Shown: positions 18,378-27,949, counted from the stretch's first letter. The stretch is DNA of 64,000 nt from an uncultured Bacteroidota bacterium (GCA_963733535.1 CAVTDR010000006.1:1505348-1569347); one strand, 5' to 3'. A program made the numbers and translations. The notes: generated from the sequence alone by a model not told the origin.

Positions 18378-19820
18378 GTGCATGATGTGCAATGGGATCC
18401 TGAGTTCTTACAAAAACATAACAGTATCAAAAGATTGGCATACAAAAAAAAGCAAATAGACGATTGGGCATTGGATTACTGGCTGCTTCAGCAATATGCC
18501 AAGCTATGTTTCAGGATATATTACCGTAGGGTAACTATGGTGAATTCCAACAGAATCATATCAGGTGAATCTCTGATTATTGCTCCAAATCATCAAAATG
18601 CATTAATGGATGCAATGGTATTGGTTTGCAATACTCCTTTTCAACATGTATTTTTAGCCAGGGCAGATATTTTCAAGGGAAAGCGACTCAGCAGGTTCCT
18701 GCATTTTACAAACATTATGCCCATCTATCGGATTCGAGATGGAATTGAGAATGTCAAGCGAAACGATGAGGTATTTGAGAAAACCACCCGTGTATTGCAT
18801 AATCGCCAGAGTCCACTGATCATATTTCCCGAAGGAAATCATGGGGATAAAAGAAGATTACGCCCACTGGTGAAAGGATTGTTCCGAATTGCTTTTCAGG
18901 CTCAGGAGAAATTCGGAGATCAAAAGGCAGTAAAAATTCTACCCGTTGGAATTGATTATGGACATTATCAGAACTTCCGGACAACTATTTTCGTGAATGT
19001 GGGTGAACCCATTGAAATAGCGGATTTTCATAAAGAATATGTCGAAAATTCAGTTCAGGCGATTAATCATTTGAAAGATATATATGCAGAACGACTCAGT
19101 CAACTGATTATTGATATCCAGACTGAAGATTATTATGATCTTTATATGAATCTGCGGATGATTTTCAGGAACAAGATGAAAGCCATTCTGAATTTGCATT
19201 CCAATTCATTGTATGATGATTTTGTGGCAGATAAAAAGATGATTCAGGTGTTGGACTTGGAATTGGAACATGATCCACAAAAAATCGAAGCGCTCAACCA
19301 TTCTGTTAGCCGATATTTAAGTGATCTTCAACAGGAAGGTTTACGCGATTGGTTATTGGATGAAAATCAAAAAAAGAATCACGTTACCGCAATAGCTGTA
19401 AACATCCTGCTATCGGTGATATTATTCCCGGTCAGTTTGTTTGGATGTATTCATAATATCCTTCCTTACTGGGTTACTGTTTCTAAAGCACGCAATATAA
19501 AAGATACCCAGTTCCGAAGTACATTTAAATATGTGGTGGGAATGATAGTCTTCCCCATTTGGTATGGGCTTATCGCTGGAGTACTTGCTATCTTATCGTG
19601 GCCCGCAGTAATTATTATCCCTTACTTAATACTGCTTCCAATAACGGGACTTTTGTCTTTCCACTATTTTATAAATTTAAAAAAAATAGCGGGTAGAATC
19701 CGGTACATGAGAAAAAGGAAAAAACCTTCCGGAATTAGAATGGAAAGCGCCCGCAACGAAATCTGCACCCAAATGCTCGATATAATCAAGAAACACCTAT
19801 CACCCAATGAAAACCAATAA
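18378..19820 (+). CDS. PlsC-superfamily acyltransferase with C-terminal transmembrane region
   Basis: The start codon is GTG. Acyltransferase blocks are IIAPNHQNALMDAM (an HX5D variant of HX4D), IIFPEGNHGDKRRL and ILPVGIDY. The C-terminus carries 3-4 hydrophobic helices (VNILLSVILFPVSLFG..., VVGMIVFPIWYGLIAGVLAIL...). Confidence 0.7.
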   Translation: MHDVQWDPEFLQKHNSIKRLAYKKKQIDDWALDYWLLQQYAKLCFRIYYRRVTMVNSNRIISGESLIIAPNHQNALMDAMVLVCNTPFQHVFLARADIFKGKRLSRFLHFTNIMPIYRIRDGIENVKRNDEVFEKTTRVLHNRQSPLIIFPEGNHGDKRRLRPLVKGLFRIAFQAQEKFGDQKAVKILPVGIDYGHYQNFRTTIFVNVGEPIEIADFHKEYVENSVQAINHLKDIYAERLSQLIIDIQTEDYYDLYMNLRMIFRNKMKAILNLHSNSLYDDFVADKKMIQVLDLELEHDPQKIEALNHSVSRYLSDLQQEGLRDWLLDENQKKNHVTAIAVNILLSVILFPVSLFGCIHNILPYWVTVSKARNIKDTQFRSTFKYVVGMIVFPIWYGLIAGVLAILSWPAVIIIPYLILLPITGLLSFHYFINLKKIAGRIRYMRKRKKPSGIRMESARNEICTQMLDIIKKHLSPNENQ

Positions 19821-20604
19821 CAAAACAGCCTGGATTACCGGAGCCTCTTCGGGAATCGGTGAGGCTTTGGCAATGCAACTGTTTAGCCAGGGGGCAACAG
19901 TAATTTTATCTGCACGTAATATCGACAAATTAAACAAGCTGAAATCAAGCCTGGATGCAATTCAGACTGGACGATGCCATGTAATCCCCTGCGATGTTAC
20001 CAGTGAGGTTTCGGTAACCAACGCTGCAGCACAGGTTATGGCAGTTGTAGAGCGATTGGATATACTCATAAATAATGCGGGTGTCAGCCAGCGCTCTTTT
20101 GCATTGCAAACAGATATTTCTGTCGACCGTGCGTTACTCGAAGTAAACTTTTTTGGCTCAATTATGATTACTAAATCAATTCTTCCCTGGATGATCAGTA
20201 AGGGGGGAGGGCATATTGTAGTCATGAGCAGCATGGCTGGTAAATATGGATTCAGAATGCGCTCTTCATATGCTGCTTCAAAGCATGCACTACATGGTTT
20301 TTATGAAACATTAAGAGCTGAAGTTCATGATCAGAACGTTAACATCACCTTGATATGTCCGGGTCGGATCAAAACTGATATATCTGTCAATTCGCTTACC
20401 GGAGACGGATCAAAATATGGTATTATGGATGCAGGTCAGTCAAACGGAGTTCCGGTTGACCGGTGTGCACGTATTGTAATAAAGGCAATACAACGCAACC
20501 GGAAAGAGGTGTTTATTGGCGGACCGGAATTATTCCTTCTTATGGTGAAAAGAATTTGCACGCCACTTTACTATTGGATTGTTAATCGTGCGAGTCCGGT
20601 TTAA
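19807..20604 (+). CDS. SDR family oxidoreductase
   Basis: It has TGASSGIGEA (cofactor motif), NNAG and the YAASKHAL catalytic YxxxK. It overlaps the acyltransferase gene by 14 nt. Confidence 0.9.
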   Translation: MKTNNKTAWITGASSGIGEALAMQLFSQGATVILSARNIDKLNKLKSSLDAIQTGRCHVIPCDVTSEVSVTNAAAQVMAVVERLDILINNAGVSQRSFALQTDISVDRALLEVNFFGSIMITKSILPWMISKGGGHIVVMSSMAGKYGFRMRSSYAASKHALHGFYETLRAEVHDQNVNITLICPGRIKTDISVNSLTGDGSKYGIMDAGQSNGVPVDRCARIVIKAIQRNRKEVFIGGPELFLLMVKRICTPLYYWIVNRASPV

Positions 20605-20654
20605 AAATACATATTGAAAAACAGCATATTATTGATAACCCAAATTTTAGAACA

Positions 20655-21719
20655 TTGAAAGAAAAAGTAATTAGCGGGATTCAGCAGATTGGTATCGGCG
20701 TGCCCAATGTACATGAGGCCTGGAAATGGTACAAACAAAATTTTGGAGTGGATATCCGGATGTTTGAGGATAATGCGGTGGCCGAACATATGCTTCCCTA
20801 TACAGGAGGTAAGCCTCAAAAGCGACATGCTGCTCTGGCGCTAAATTTGCAGGGTGGGGGAGGATTTGAAATCTGGCAATACGTGGAACGTACGCCATTA
20901 TCTGCGAAGTTTGAAATTCAACTGGGTGATCTGGGCATATTTGCTGCTAAAATAAAATGCCGCAATGCAAAGATTACCTATGACTTTTTAAAAAGCCAGG
21001 GTGTAAACATGCTTACCGGGATACTGAGAGATCCGAGGGGCAAAGAGCATTTCTATATAAAAGATCCTTATGGGAATATCTTCCAACTGGTAACCAGTGT
21101 AACCTGGTTTATTAATGAAAAAAAACCTACCGGAGCTGCTTATGGTGCAGTAATTGGGGTTTCTGACATCAATAAAGCGGCTGAATTTTATGCCAGCATA
21201 TTGGGATATGACCAGCGGATTTTTGATGAGACCGCCGTTTTTGGTGAATATGCCGGTTTATCTGGTGGGAATAACCGTTTTCGGAGAGTATTGCTAAGGC
21301 ACAGCAAACCACGTTTGGGTGCATTTAGTCCCCTTTTCGGAACCAGCGAAATTGAACTGGTTCAAGTGCTTGATCGGACGCCTCAGAAAATTTACCATGA
21401 GCGGTTCTGGGGTGATTTGGGTTTCATTCACTTGTGTTTTGATATCAATGGAATGGATTTATTGCGTGAAGAATGTAAACAAAAAGGTTGCCCCTTTACC
21501 GTAGATGTTGATCACAGCTTCGATATGGGTGAGGCCGCAGGATCTTTTGCATATACGGAAGATCCGGATGGTACGTTAATAGAATTTGTGGAAACGCACA
21601 AGATTCCAATACTTAAAAGTATCGGATGGTATCTGAATCTGAGAAAGAGAAAACCTGAAAAAGCGTTACCGCATTGGCTGCTTAAAGCCATATCATTTAA
21701 CAGGGCTAAAGATATATAA
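20655..21719 (+). CDS. VOC (glyoxalase/bleomycin-resistance/dioxygenase) family protein, duplicated domains
   Basis: The apparent start is TTG, with the first in-frame ATG 35 codons further in. Two VOC-like halves are visible: ISGIQQIGIGVPNVHEAWKWY... and AYGAVIGVSDINKAAEFYASILGY... Confidence 0.7.
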   Translation: MKEKVISGIQQIGIGVPNVHEAWKWYKQNFGVDIRMFEDNAVAEHMLPYTGGKPQKRHAALALNLQGGGGFEIWQYVERTPLSAKFEIQLGDLGIFAAKIKCRNAKITYDFLKSQGVNMLTGILRDPRGKEHFYIKDPYGNIFQLVTSVTWFINEKKPTGAAYGAVIGVSDINKAAEFYASILGYDQRIFDETAVFGEYAGLSGGNNRFRRVLLRHSKPRLGAFSPLFGTSEIELVQVLDRTPQKIYHERFWGDLGFIHLCFDINGMDLLREECKQKGCPFTVDVDHSFDMGEAAGSFAYTEDPDGTLIEFVETHKIPILKSIGWYLNLRKRKPEKALPHWLLKAISFNRAKDI

Positions 21720-21798
21720 GCCCCGGGAGACAATGGAAAACGGATAAACTAAATAAGAAAAGAAGGTTTGTCTTCCCGGGACTGTTTCAGAGCGGTTA

Positions 21799-24700
21799 TT
21801 ATTTTGGAATTGTATTATATCTGCCCGTTGCATGCATATATGCTCTTATTTTTATGCGATAACGGGCTTTGGCTTCTGTAAGTGTATCTTTTGCCTGATA
21901 AAGAAGTGTCTGAGCTTCGAGCATATCCGAGATATTGATCATGCCTGACTGAAAATTATCACGGTTGATTTTCAGATTTTCTTGTGCCTGGCCCACTGTT
22001 TCAAGAGCAACATCAATTTCCATCCAGGCTTCATTCAGTTCATTCCATTCTTTTTCGATTTTCAGTACCAGCAATTCAGTATTATTTTTGCAGTTGTTGC
22101 TGACGATTTCCTCTTTGAGTTTTCGTTCTTTGATTGAATGTAACCCTTCCCACCAGTCAGATATTGGTATTGATACCGTGCCAAAGACCATACTGTTGGT
22201 TGTTCCTTTATCTGCGATATTATAATAGAGGGCTCCAACTCCAATTCCTGCTTCAGGCATGTATTCTCCGGTTTTAATACGTGTTCGTAATTTTTCAGCC
22301 TGGACACTCGTTTGCAACAACTTGTATTCTTCCAGATTATCAATGGCATTTGAGGCAGCAATATAGAAATCTCCAGGCTGTTTTTCAATCATCAGTGAAT
22401 CGGTGCATACCATGGTACTGTCATACGGAATTCCCATAAATTGACAAAAAGCCATGGAAGACAAGCGGATGCCATTTTCAAGTTTCAATTGATTACTTTT
22501 TATCTCACTCTTTTTCAAGGTAACCCTGAGAACTTCGTTCCGGTTAATAAGTCCTGCTTTCCATGCATCGAAAGCTTCATTATATATGCTGTCCAATAAT
22601 TGCATGGATACTGCCATCGTTTGCCGCTTTTCATAAAGTGACACGATCCTCCAGTATTGCTCTTCAGTATTGAGAACGATCTGATTTTCCGAAAGAATGC
22701 GTTGACTTTCGCTTGCATTTACACCAAGCCCTGCAAGTTTATTTCCGCTCATGATTCTTCCTCCGGCAAAAACAGGTTGCACCGCGGTGATCGAGCCTAG
22801 ATTTCCCTTATCAATCATGGATAAAGAAAACCCTGGGAAATAGGCAAATTGTGTTGGATGAAGAAGATTAACCGGATTGCCGTCATATACCGGCAGATTT
22901 CCACCTGGAATATCCAGCTTTACAAGAGGTTCATTAAAGCGATATATAATTCCGGTAGCAGTGATTGAAGGAAAGTACTTTGTAAATGCAGCTTTTTTTA
23001 TTTGACTTGCAGCCTGAACGTCCAACGTGGCGTTCCTCACCTGAATGTTATTGGATAGAGCCAATGATTGGCAGTGTTCCAATGTATAAGCCGGCTGTGC
23101 ATAAATGCCTTCAATGGCACACCCTAAGAATACCATAACGACAATAGTTCGTAAAAGTAAAGCCGATTTTTGAAGACCCGTTCCTTTGATTTTTGAATCA
23201 GCACGTCTGCAAATCATCCAATAGGCAACAGGCAGAATGAGTACCAGTAGAATCATCGAAGACAATGTACCAAAGCAGATTACGGCGCCCATTGGACTCC
23301 ATAGCGGATTTGCATTGACAATCATGGGAATAACACCTACCGATGCAGCTGCAGAAGTCAGGAAAATGGGTCGCATTCTTCTTTTTCCAGCTTCCATTGC
23401 AGCCTCTTTTACACTCAGGTTGTGCTTTTTGCGAATTTCTTCAGCATAATCCAGCATGATAATGCCATTTCTAACGAGGATACCTATCAGACTGACAATA
23501 CCTAAAATGGCTGTAATTCCAAATTCAGCTTTTAATATGATAATTCCCAGAAAGGCACCTAAAAGACTCAGAGATGATGCACTTAGAACAAGAAGGGCGA
23601 GTGCTATTTTTCTGAAATGAAGCAGAAGAATTATGAAAACAATAAATATGGCAATGATCAAGCCTGCAATAATATTTGGAACGTTTTCCTCATCCAATTC
23701 ATAGGATCCTCCATAGGAAATAAGAATATCCGATGGTATCTGCATGTTGTGGACCTTTGCTTCAACTGCGGAAAATACTTCCTGTACCTTATACCCGCGT
23801 TCAATATCAGCCATAAGGGTAAGCGTATGCATTCCGTTCCTCCGGACAATCTGATCTTGTGTCCAATCTGCCGATACAGTGGCTATTTGACGCAAAGGCA
23901 CAGATATACCCGGAATAAGTGAATGAATATATTCATCATAGATATTCTGGTCGTTTTCTTCAGATTCGGTTTTCAACACAACACTTAGCGGATAATCATT
24001 TTCCCACATGGTAGTAACCGGCAAGCCCTCATAACGGATGGCCAGATTTGTGGCCACTGATGTTTTATTGATTCCTAACCGGCTGGCTTCAGTAGCATTC
24101 AAATTTATTCTGAGAGATGGCTGCATTTCACCAAAGTCACTCCTTACCCAATCAATTCCTTTTATATGCTGTAATTGAGGAAGCAAAGAATCACTGATGA
24201 TCTTGAGCGATTTCAATGAATCACATGAAATTCTGACCTCAATAGGAGCAGCTATCGGCTGGTAATCAAGTTCTTTAAATCGTATATGGGCATTCGGAAA
24301 ATAGTCACCATAGATTTTTGAATAATCATCCAGCAAATCAACCGTTGCTGATTCCGAAATGGTATTTACAATAAACTGGGCATAATTTTTAGACGGGACT
24401 TTGGGGGCATAGGTAGTATGGAAACGGGGTGAGCTTGTTCCCACAAAAGAAGTAATGGATGTGATGCGCGGATCTTCTGATAACATGTGTTGCAGACTAT
24501 CTGAAACCAGCGCTGTGCTTTTAAGTGAACTGCCCTGGGGTAGATAAATTTCAATGGCAAATTGATTGCGTTCAGCTACAGGCAATAACCGCTGCGGAAC
24601 TTTAAAAAACAAGGCAATAGCACATAAAACAGAAAATAGTCCGATGCCGATCGTAAACCGTGGATAGGCAAATGCTTTAAGCAAATACTTTTCATAAAGA

Positions 24701-26253
24701 TTCTGAATGGAATTTAATACGTTAAAATGGTTTTTAATTTTCTTTTCAGCATTCAAGTACCCTTTTTTGATAAAATAATATTGCATAAAGGGAATAACCA
24801 TCATGGCAACGAGCAATGAAATTCCAAGTGTAAGCGTTACCGTCCATGGAAACATTTCCACAAAATCTTTAAATGTACCTTTCAGTGTGAAAAGAAAGGG
24901 TAGAAATGTGATGCTGATTGCCAGGGTAGCGGAAAATATGGCTTTAAAGTATATTCTGGCACTGGATATGGCAGCATACCAACGGGAAACACCCTGATCC
25001 AGCTTTTCCATATAACTATCTACGATGACTATGGAGTTATCAACGATCATTCCGAGCACTACAATCAAAGCCGCCAATGTCACAGTATTCAGTTCAATAC
25101 CGATAACATACATCAGTCCGAGAGAAATAAATATCGTAACCGGAATAGAAGAAGCAGCCACTGATGCTACACGTAGTGGTAGAAGCAACATGGTAACAAC
25201 AATTACAGAAAGAATGGCAAAGAAAAGTTCAAGCATAAAACCTGATACCGCATTTTTAACAACAAAAGGCTGATCGGCAATCCGCTTTATGGTAATGCCT
25301 TCAGGAAGCGACTTTTTAAAATCATTAAGTACTTCATTAACTTCTTCCCCGAATTGTACAATGTTATTGCCTTCCAACATTTCCATTGATATGAGCAGGC
25401 ATTTATGGGCATTGTTTTGTATGTAACTATCGGGGTCGGGATATTCTCTGATCACCGTGGCAATATCTTTCACACGCACCATGTTCCCCAAAGGGTCGGA
25501 ATAAATAATTTGTTCTGCCAGATCATCCTGGGTCTTATAGGGCGTGGTGATAATAACCGGAGATTCAATAGCGCCATAATCTACAGAAGCTCCGGCAGTT
25601 GTAAGCCCTTGTGCAAACAGGCCCGCCGTAATGATGGTGCTATTGAGACTATATTTCTCTAATTTTGCCTTGTCCAGGCAGATACTAATTTGCTCATGTT
25701 GCAGGCCAAAATGTCTGACTTTCGAAACCGATTCAATCCTCCTTAACCGGTCTTCAAGGCGGTATAAATAGGTTTCAAGATCGCGGTATGACATGTGATC
25801 CGCCTCCAATGAAATAAGCAATGCTGAAGTGTCTCCAAAATCATTGTCGGCATATAAAGCCAGGACTCCGGCAGGCAATTTGGACTTAAAGGTAATCAGA
25901 CCATGTTTTAACTTCGACCAAAATTCATCAGCATTCTTTACCTTATCATTCAATTCTACAAAAATGATCATCAAACCATTTTTGGAATAGGAGTAGGTTT
26001 TCTTTTTATTGATTTCTTTAAAGCTGAATAAATAGCGTTCGACTTCAGTGGTCAGTTGTTCATCGATCTGGTTTGAAGTTGCCCCGGGATATGCCGCTAT
26101 AACAAGTCCCTGTCGAATAGTAACGGTAGGGAACTCCTGACGCGGCATTTTCTTAAGCGCAAAGAAACCGAGGATAACCAGAAACACAACACTTAAAAAG
26201 ACAATCTGCCTGTTTTTCATAGCAGATTCTACAAAGGAAATTTTTTTACTCAT
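21799..26253 (-). CDS. RND efflux permease fused in-frame to a TolC-like outer-membrane factor (1484 aa)
   Basis: The frame is a single uninterrupted ORF. Residues 1 to about 1012 form a full AcrB-type architecture ending with TM12 (...GTLSSMILLVLILPVAYWMI). Residues 1013-1052 are signal-peptide-like. Residues 1053-1484 form a full TolC/OEP protein (QPAYTLEHCQSLALSNNIQVRNA...). The 5' end overlaps the MFP gene by 4 nt. Confidence 0.85.
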   Translation of the reverse strand: MSKKISFVESAMKNRQIVFLSVVFLVILGFFALKKMPRQEFPTVTIRQGLVIAAYPGATSNQIDEQLTTEVERYLFSFKEINKKKTYSYSKNGLMIIFVELNDKVKNADEFWSKLKHGLITFKSKLPAGVLALYADNDFGDTSALLISLEADHMSYRDLETYLYRLEDRLRRIESVSKVRHFGLQHEQISICLDKAKLEKYSLNSTIITAGLFAQGLTTAGASVDYGAIESPVIITTPYKTQDDLAEQIIYSDPLGNMVRVKDIATVIREYPDPDSYIQNNAHKCLLISMEMLEGNNIVQFGEEVNEVLNDFKKSLPEGITIKRIADQPFVVKNAVSGFMLELFFAILSVIVVTMLLLPLRVASVAASSIPVTIFISLGLMYVIGIELNTVTLAALIVVLGMIVDNSIVIVDSYMEKLDQGVSRWYAAISSARIYFKAIFSATLAISITFLPFLFTLKGTFKDFVEMFPWTVTLTLGISLLVAMMVIPFMQYYFIKKGYLNAEKKIKNHFNVLNSIQNLYEKYLLKAFAYPRFTIGIGLFSVLCAIALFFKVPQRLLPVAERNQFAIEIYLPQGSSLKSTALVSDSLQHMLSEDPRITSITSFVGTSSPRFHTTYAPKVPSKNYAQFIVNTISESATVDLLDDYSKIYGDYFPNAHIRFKELDYQPIAAPIEVRISCDSLKSLKIISDSLLPQLQHIKGIDWVRSDFGEMQPSLRINLNATEASRLGINKTSVATNLAIRYEGLPVTTMWENDYPLSVVLKTESEENDQNIYDEYIHSLIPGISVPLRQIATVSADWTQDQIVRRNGMHTLTLMADIERGYKVQEVFSAVEAKVHNMQIPSDILISYGGSYELDEENVPNIIAGLIIAIFIVFIILLLHFRKIALALLVLSASSLSLLGAFLGIIILKAEFGITAILGIVSLIGILVRNGIIMLDYAEEIRKKHNLSVKEAAMEAGKRRMRPIFLTSAAASVGVIPMIVNANPLWSPMGAVICFGTLSSMILLVLILPVAYWMICRRADSKIKGTGLQKSALLLRTIVVMVFLGCAIEGIYAQPAYTLEHCQSLALSNNIQVRNATLDVQAASQIKKAAFTKYFPSITATGIIYRFNEPLVKLDIPGGNLPVYDGNPVNLLHPTQFAYFPGFSLSMIDKGNLGSITAVQPVFAGGRIMSGNKLAGLGVNASESQRILSENQIVLNTEEQYWRIVSLYEKRQTMAVSMQLLDSIYNEAFDAWKAGLINRNEVLRVTLKKSEIKSNQLKLENGIRLSSMAFCQFMGIPYDSTMVCTDSLMIEKQPGDFYIAASNAIDNLEEYKLLQTSVQAEKLRTRIKTGEYMPEAGIGVGALYYNIADKGTTNSMVFGTVSIPISDWWEGLHSIKERKLKEEIVSNNCKNNTELLVLKIEKEWNELNEAWMEIDVALETVGQAQENLKINRDNFQSGMINISDMLEAQTLLYQAKDTLTEAKARYRIKIRAYMHATGRYNTIPK

Positions 26254-27299
26254 AAGGATCTTGAAAATGAAACAGGGCTGTTTTCGCTTAATTTATGATA
26301 GCCTTCAATAATCACATGATCGCCGATTTGAAGTCCTTCGGTAATTTCAATATCTCCATGAGATGATACAGAACCGATAATTACATTTCTTCTTATCGCT
26401 TTATTTAGTATGGTGTCTGCTATAAATACATACTTTTTCCCATCATTACCGGACAATACCGATTGTTGCGGAACACGAATTACAGTATTTTTATCAATTT
26501 GATCTATCGCCACATAGCAAACCATGCCCGGACGCATGGAAAAATCCGAATTACGAACTGCAATTTTAACTTCATAGGTATGGGAGAATGGATTCGCTAT
26601 AACACCTTTGTATTCAACTGTACCGGTATATATGGCATTATTCAGTGCTCCGACTTTCAGGGTTACTTTCTGGCCGGTTTTCAAACTGTTGATTTCGTTT
26701 TCAGGCACGGGTATTTTTACGAATACCTTGTCAATATTTACCAGTGTGATTATTGTTATCCCCGGTGCAATATTAGCACCGGGTTCAATCATCCGTTTAC
26801 CCACAATAGCACTTACCGGTGACACCAGATTGCAATCGCTGAGGTTTTTTTGGGCAAGCAAAGCCATGGCATGCGCCTGTTGCAAAGCAGTTTCGATCTC
26901 TACCATTTTTATCTCGGGCAAACTACCGTTTTTATAAACTTCTGAAAGACGGTTGTATGCATCCTGAGCCTGTCTTTCTTTCGCTGATGCTATTTCCAAA
27001 GCGTTTTTGTAGCTATAGTTGTCAAGACGGGCAAGAATCTGACCTTTTTGCACAGTCTGCCCTTCGTCTATAAATACTTTTTCGACGGTTCCGGAAGTAA
27101 GAAAACTCATGGGTATCGATTGGGATTCTTCGACAGTTCCAATATATCTTTCAGAAATATTGTCTGTTGAAGCGGATACCGCAAGAGTTCTTACCGGAGT
27201 AGCTGTTTGAACCGGCCCGACAACTTCATTATTTTTTGCACAACCGCTAACAATTATGAACAAAAATGCAGGTCCGAGTAAATGATGCAAAACATTCAT
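26250..27299 (-). CDS. Efflux RND transporter periplasmic adaptor (MFP/HlyD family) lipoprotein
   Basis: It has the lipobox FIIVSGC. Biotinyl-lipoyl-like and beta-barrel segments (GTVEKVFIDEGQTVQKGQILARLD) are typical of MFPs. Confidence 0.85.
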   Translation of the reverse strand: MNVLHHLLGPAFLFIIVSGCAKNNEVVGPVQTATPVRTLAVSASTDNISERYIGTVEESQSIPMSFLTSGTVEKVFIDEGQTVQKGQILARLDNYSYKNALEIASAKERQAQDAYNRLSEVYKNGSLPEIKMVEIETALQQAHAMALLAQKNLSDCNLVSPVSAIVGKRMIEPGANIAPGITIITLVNIDKVFVKIPVPENEINSLKTGQKVTLKVGALNNAIYTGTVEYKGVIANPFSHTYEVKIAVRNSDFSMRPGMVCYVAIDQIDKNTVIRVPQQSVLSGNDGKKYVFIADTILNKAIRRNVIIGSVSSHGDIEITEGLQIGDHVIIEGYHKLSENSPVSFSRSL

Positions 27300-27322
27300 A
27301 TGAGAAACATTTATAATGAAAA

Positions 27323-27949
27323 CTAGAAGAACAGGGTTACGCCAAAAAGAGCTGATTTATTACGGTCGTCAGAGGCTGATGACATTACCCTGGCAAATCC
27401 TTGTGAATACCTGAAACCGATCTGCATCACATGATTCCCTGCAGGCACCTGGATTCCGCCGCCAATGGTGTATCCACCATCTGTTGAATGGATATCATTA
27501 TTAAAATTCTCGCTATCCGTATGTTCTCCTGTAGCAGCTACTGCATTTTCAGCGTATGTTTTAAATCCGGCATAAAATCCTGCCAGACCATACAGTCTTG
27601 TATTTCCGCTTGCAGGTATAGACGCTTCGGCCAATAGAGGAATGGTAATATAATTGTACATGCCGGTGATTTTTTGCTCACCATTGCTTACATCCTGTTT
27701 TTTACGAAACCCTTTTTGTTCGTATATTATTCCGGATTGCAATCCCCAGGAAGGATTAATGGTATATCGAAAGGCGATGCCTCCACCAAAACCGGTTTTC
27801 AGCGCTTCATTATCATAAAAATTTCCGGGTTCGGATAAGGTGGATACAGTGAGTCCCGAAATTACCCCTGCCTCGATTCTTTTCTGACCATAAAACGGAA
27901 GTGTATTTATAATGGTCAAGATAAAAACAATCATCATTTTACTTTTCAT
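27323..27949 (-). CDS. Small outer-membrane beta-barrel (porin-family/OmpA-barrel-like) protein
   Basis: The tracked ORF is 27323..28030. The likely start is MKSKMMIVFILTIINTLPFYGQ at 27949. It has an alternating beta-strand pattern and ends ...FGVTLFF. Confidence 0.6.
   Translation of the reverse strand: MKSKMMIVFILTIINTLPFYGQKRIEAGVISGLTVSTLSEPGNFYDNEALKTGFGGGIAFRYTINPSWGLQSGIIYEQKGFRKKQDVSNGEQKITGMYNYITIPLLAEASIPASGNTRLYGLAGFYAGFKTYAENAVAATGEHTDSENFNNDIHSTDGGYTIGGGIQVPAGNHVMQIGFRYSQGFARVMSSASDDRNKSALFGVTLFF

Noticed and set aside
21721-21780. Long-range inverted repeat ccccgggagacaa ... tttgtcttcccggg between the convergent VOC and RND::OMF genes, considered as a terminator
   Set aside because: The arms are imperfect (one bulge), the loop is about 33 nt, and no flanking U-tract is present. 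This is too weak to call a terminator, although it may still fold.
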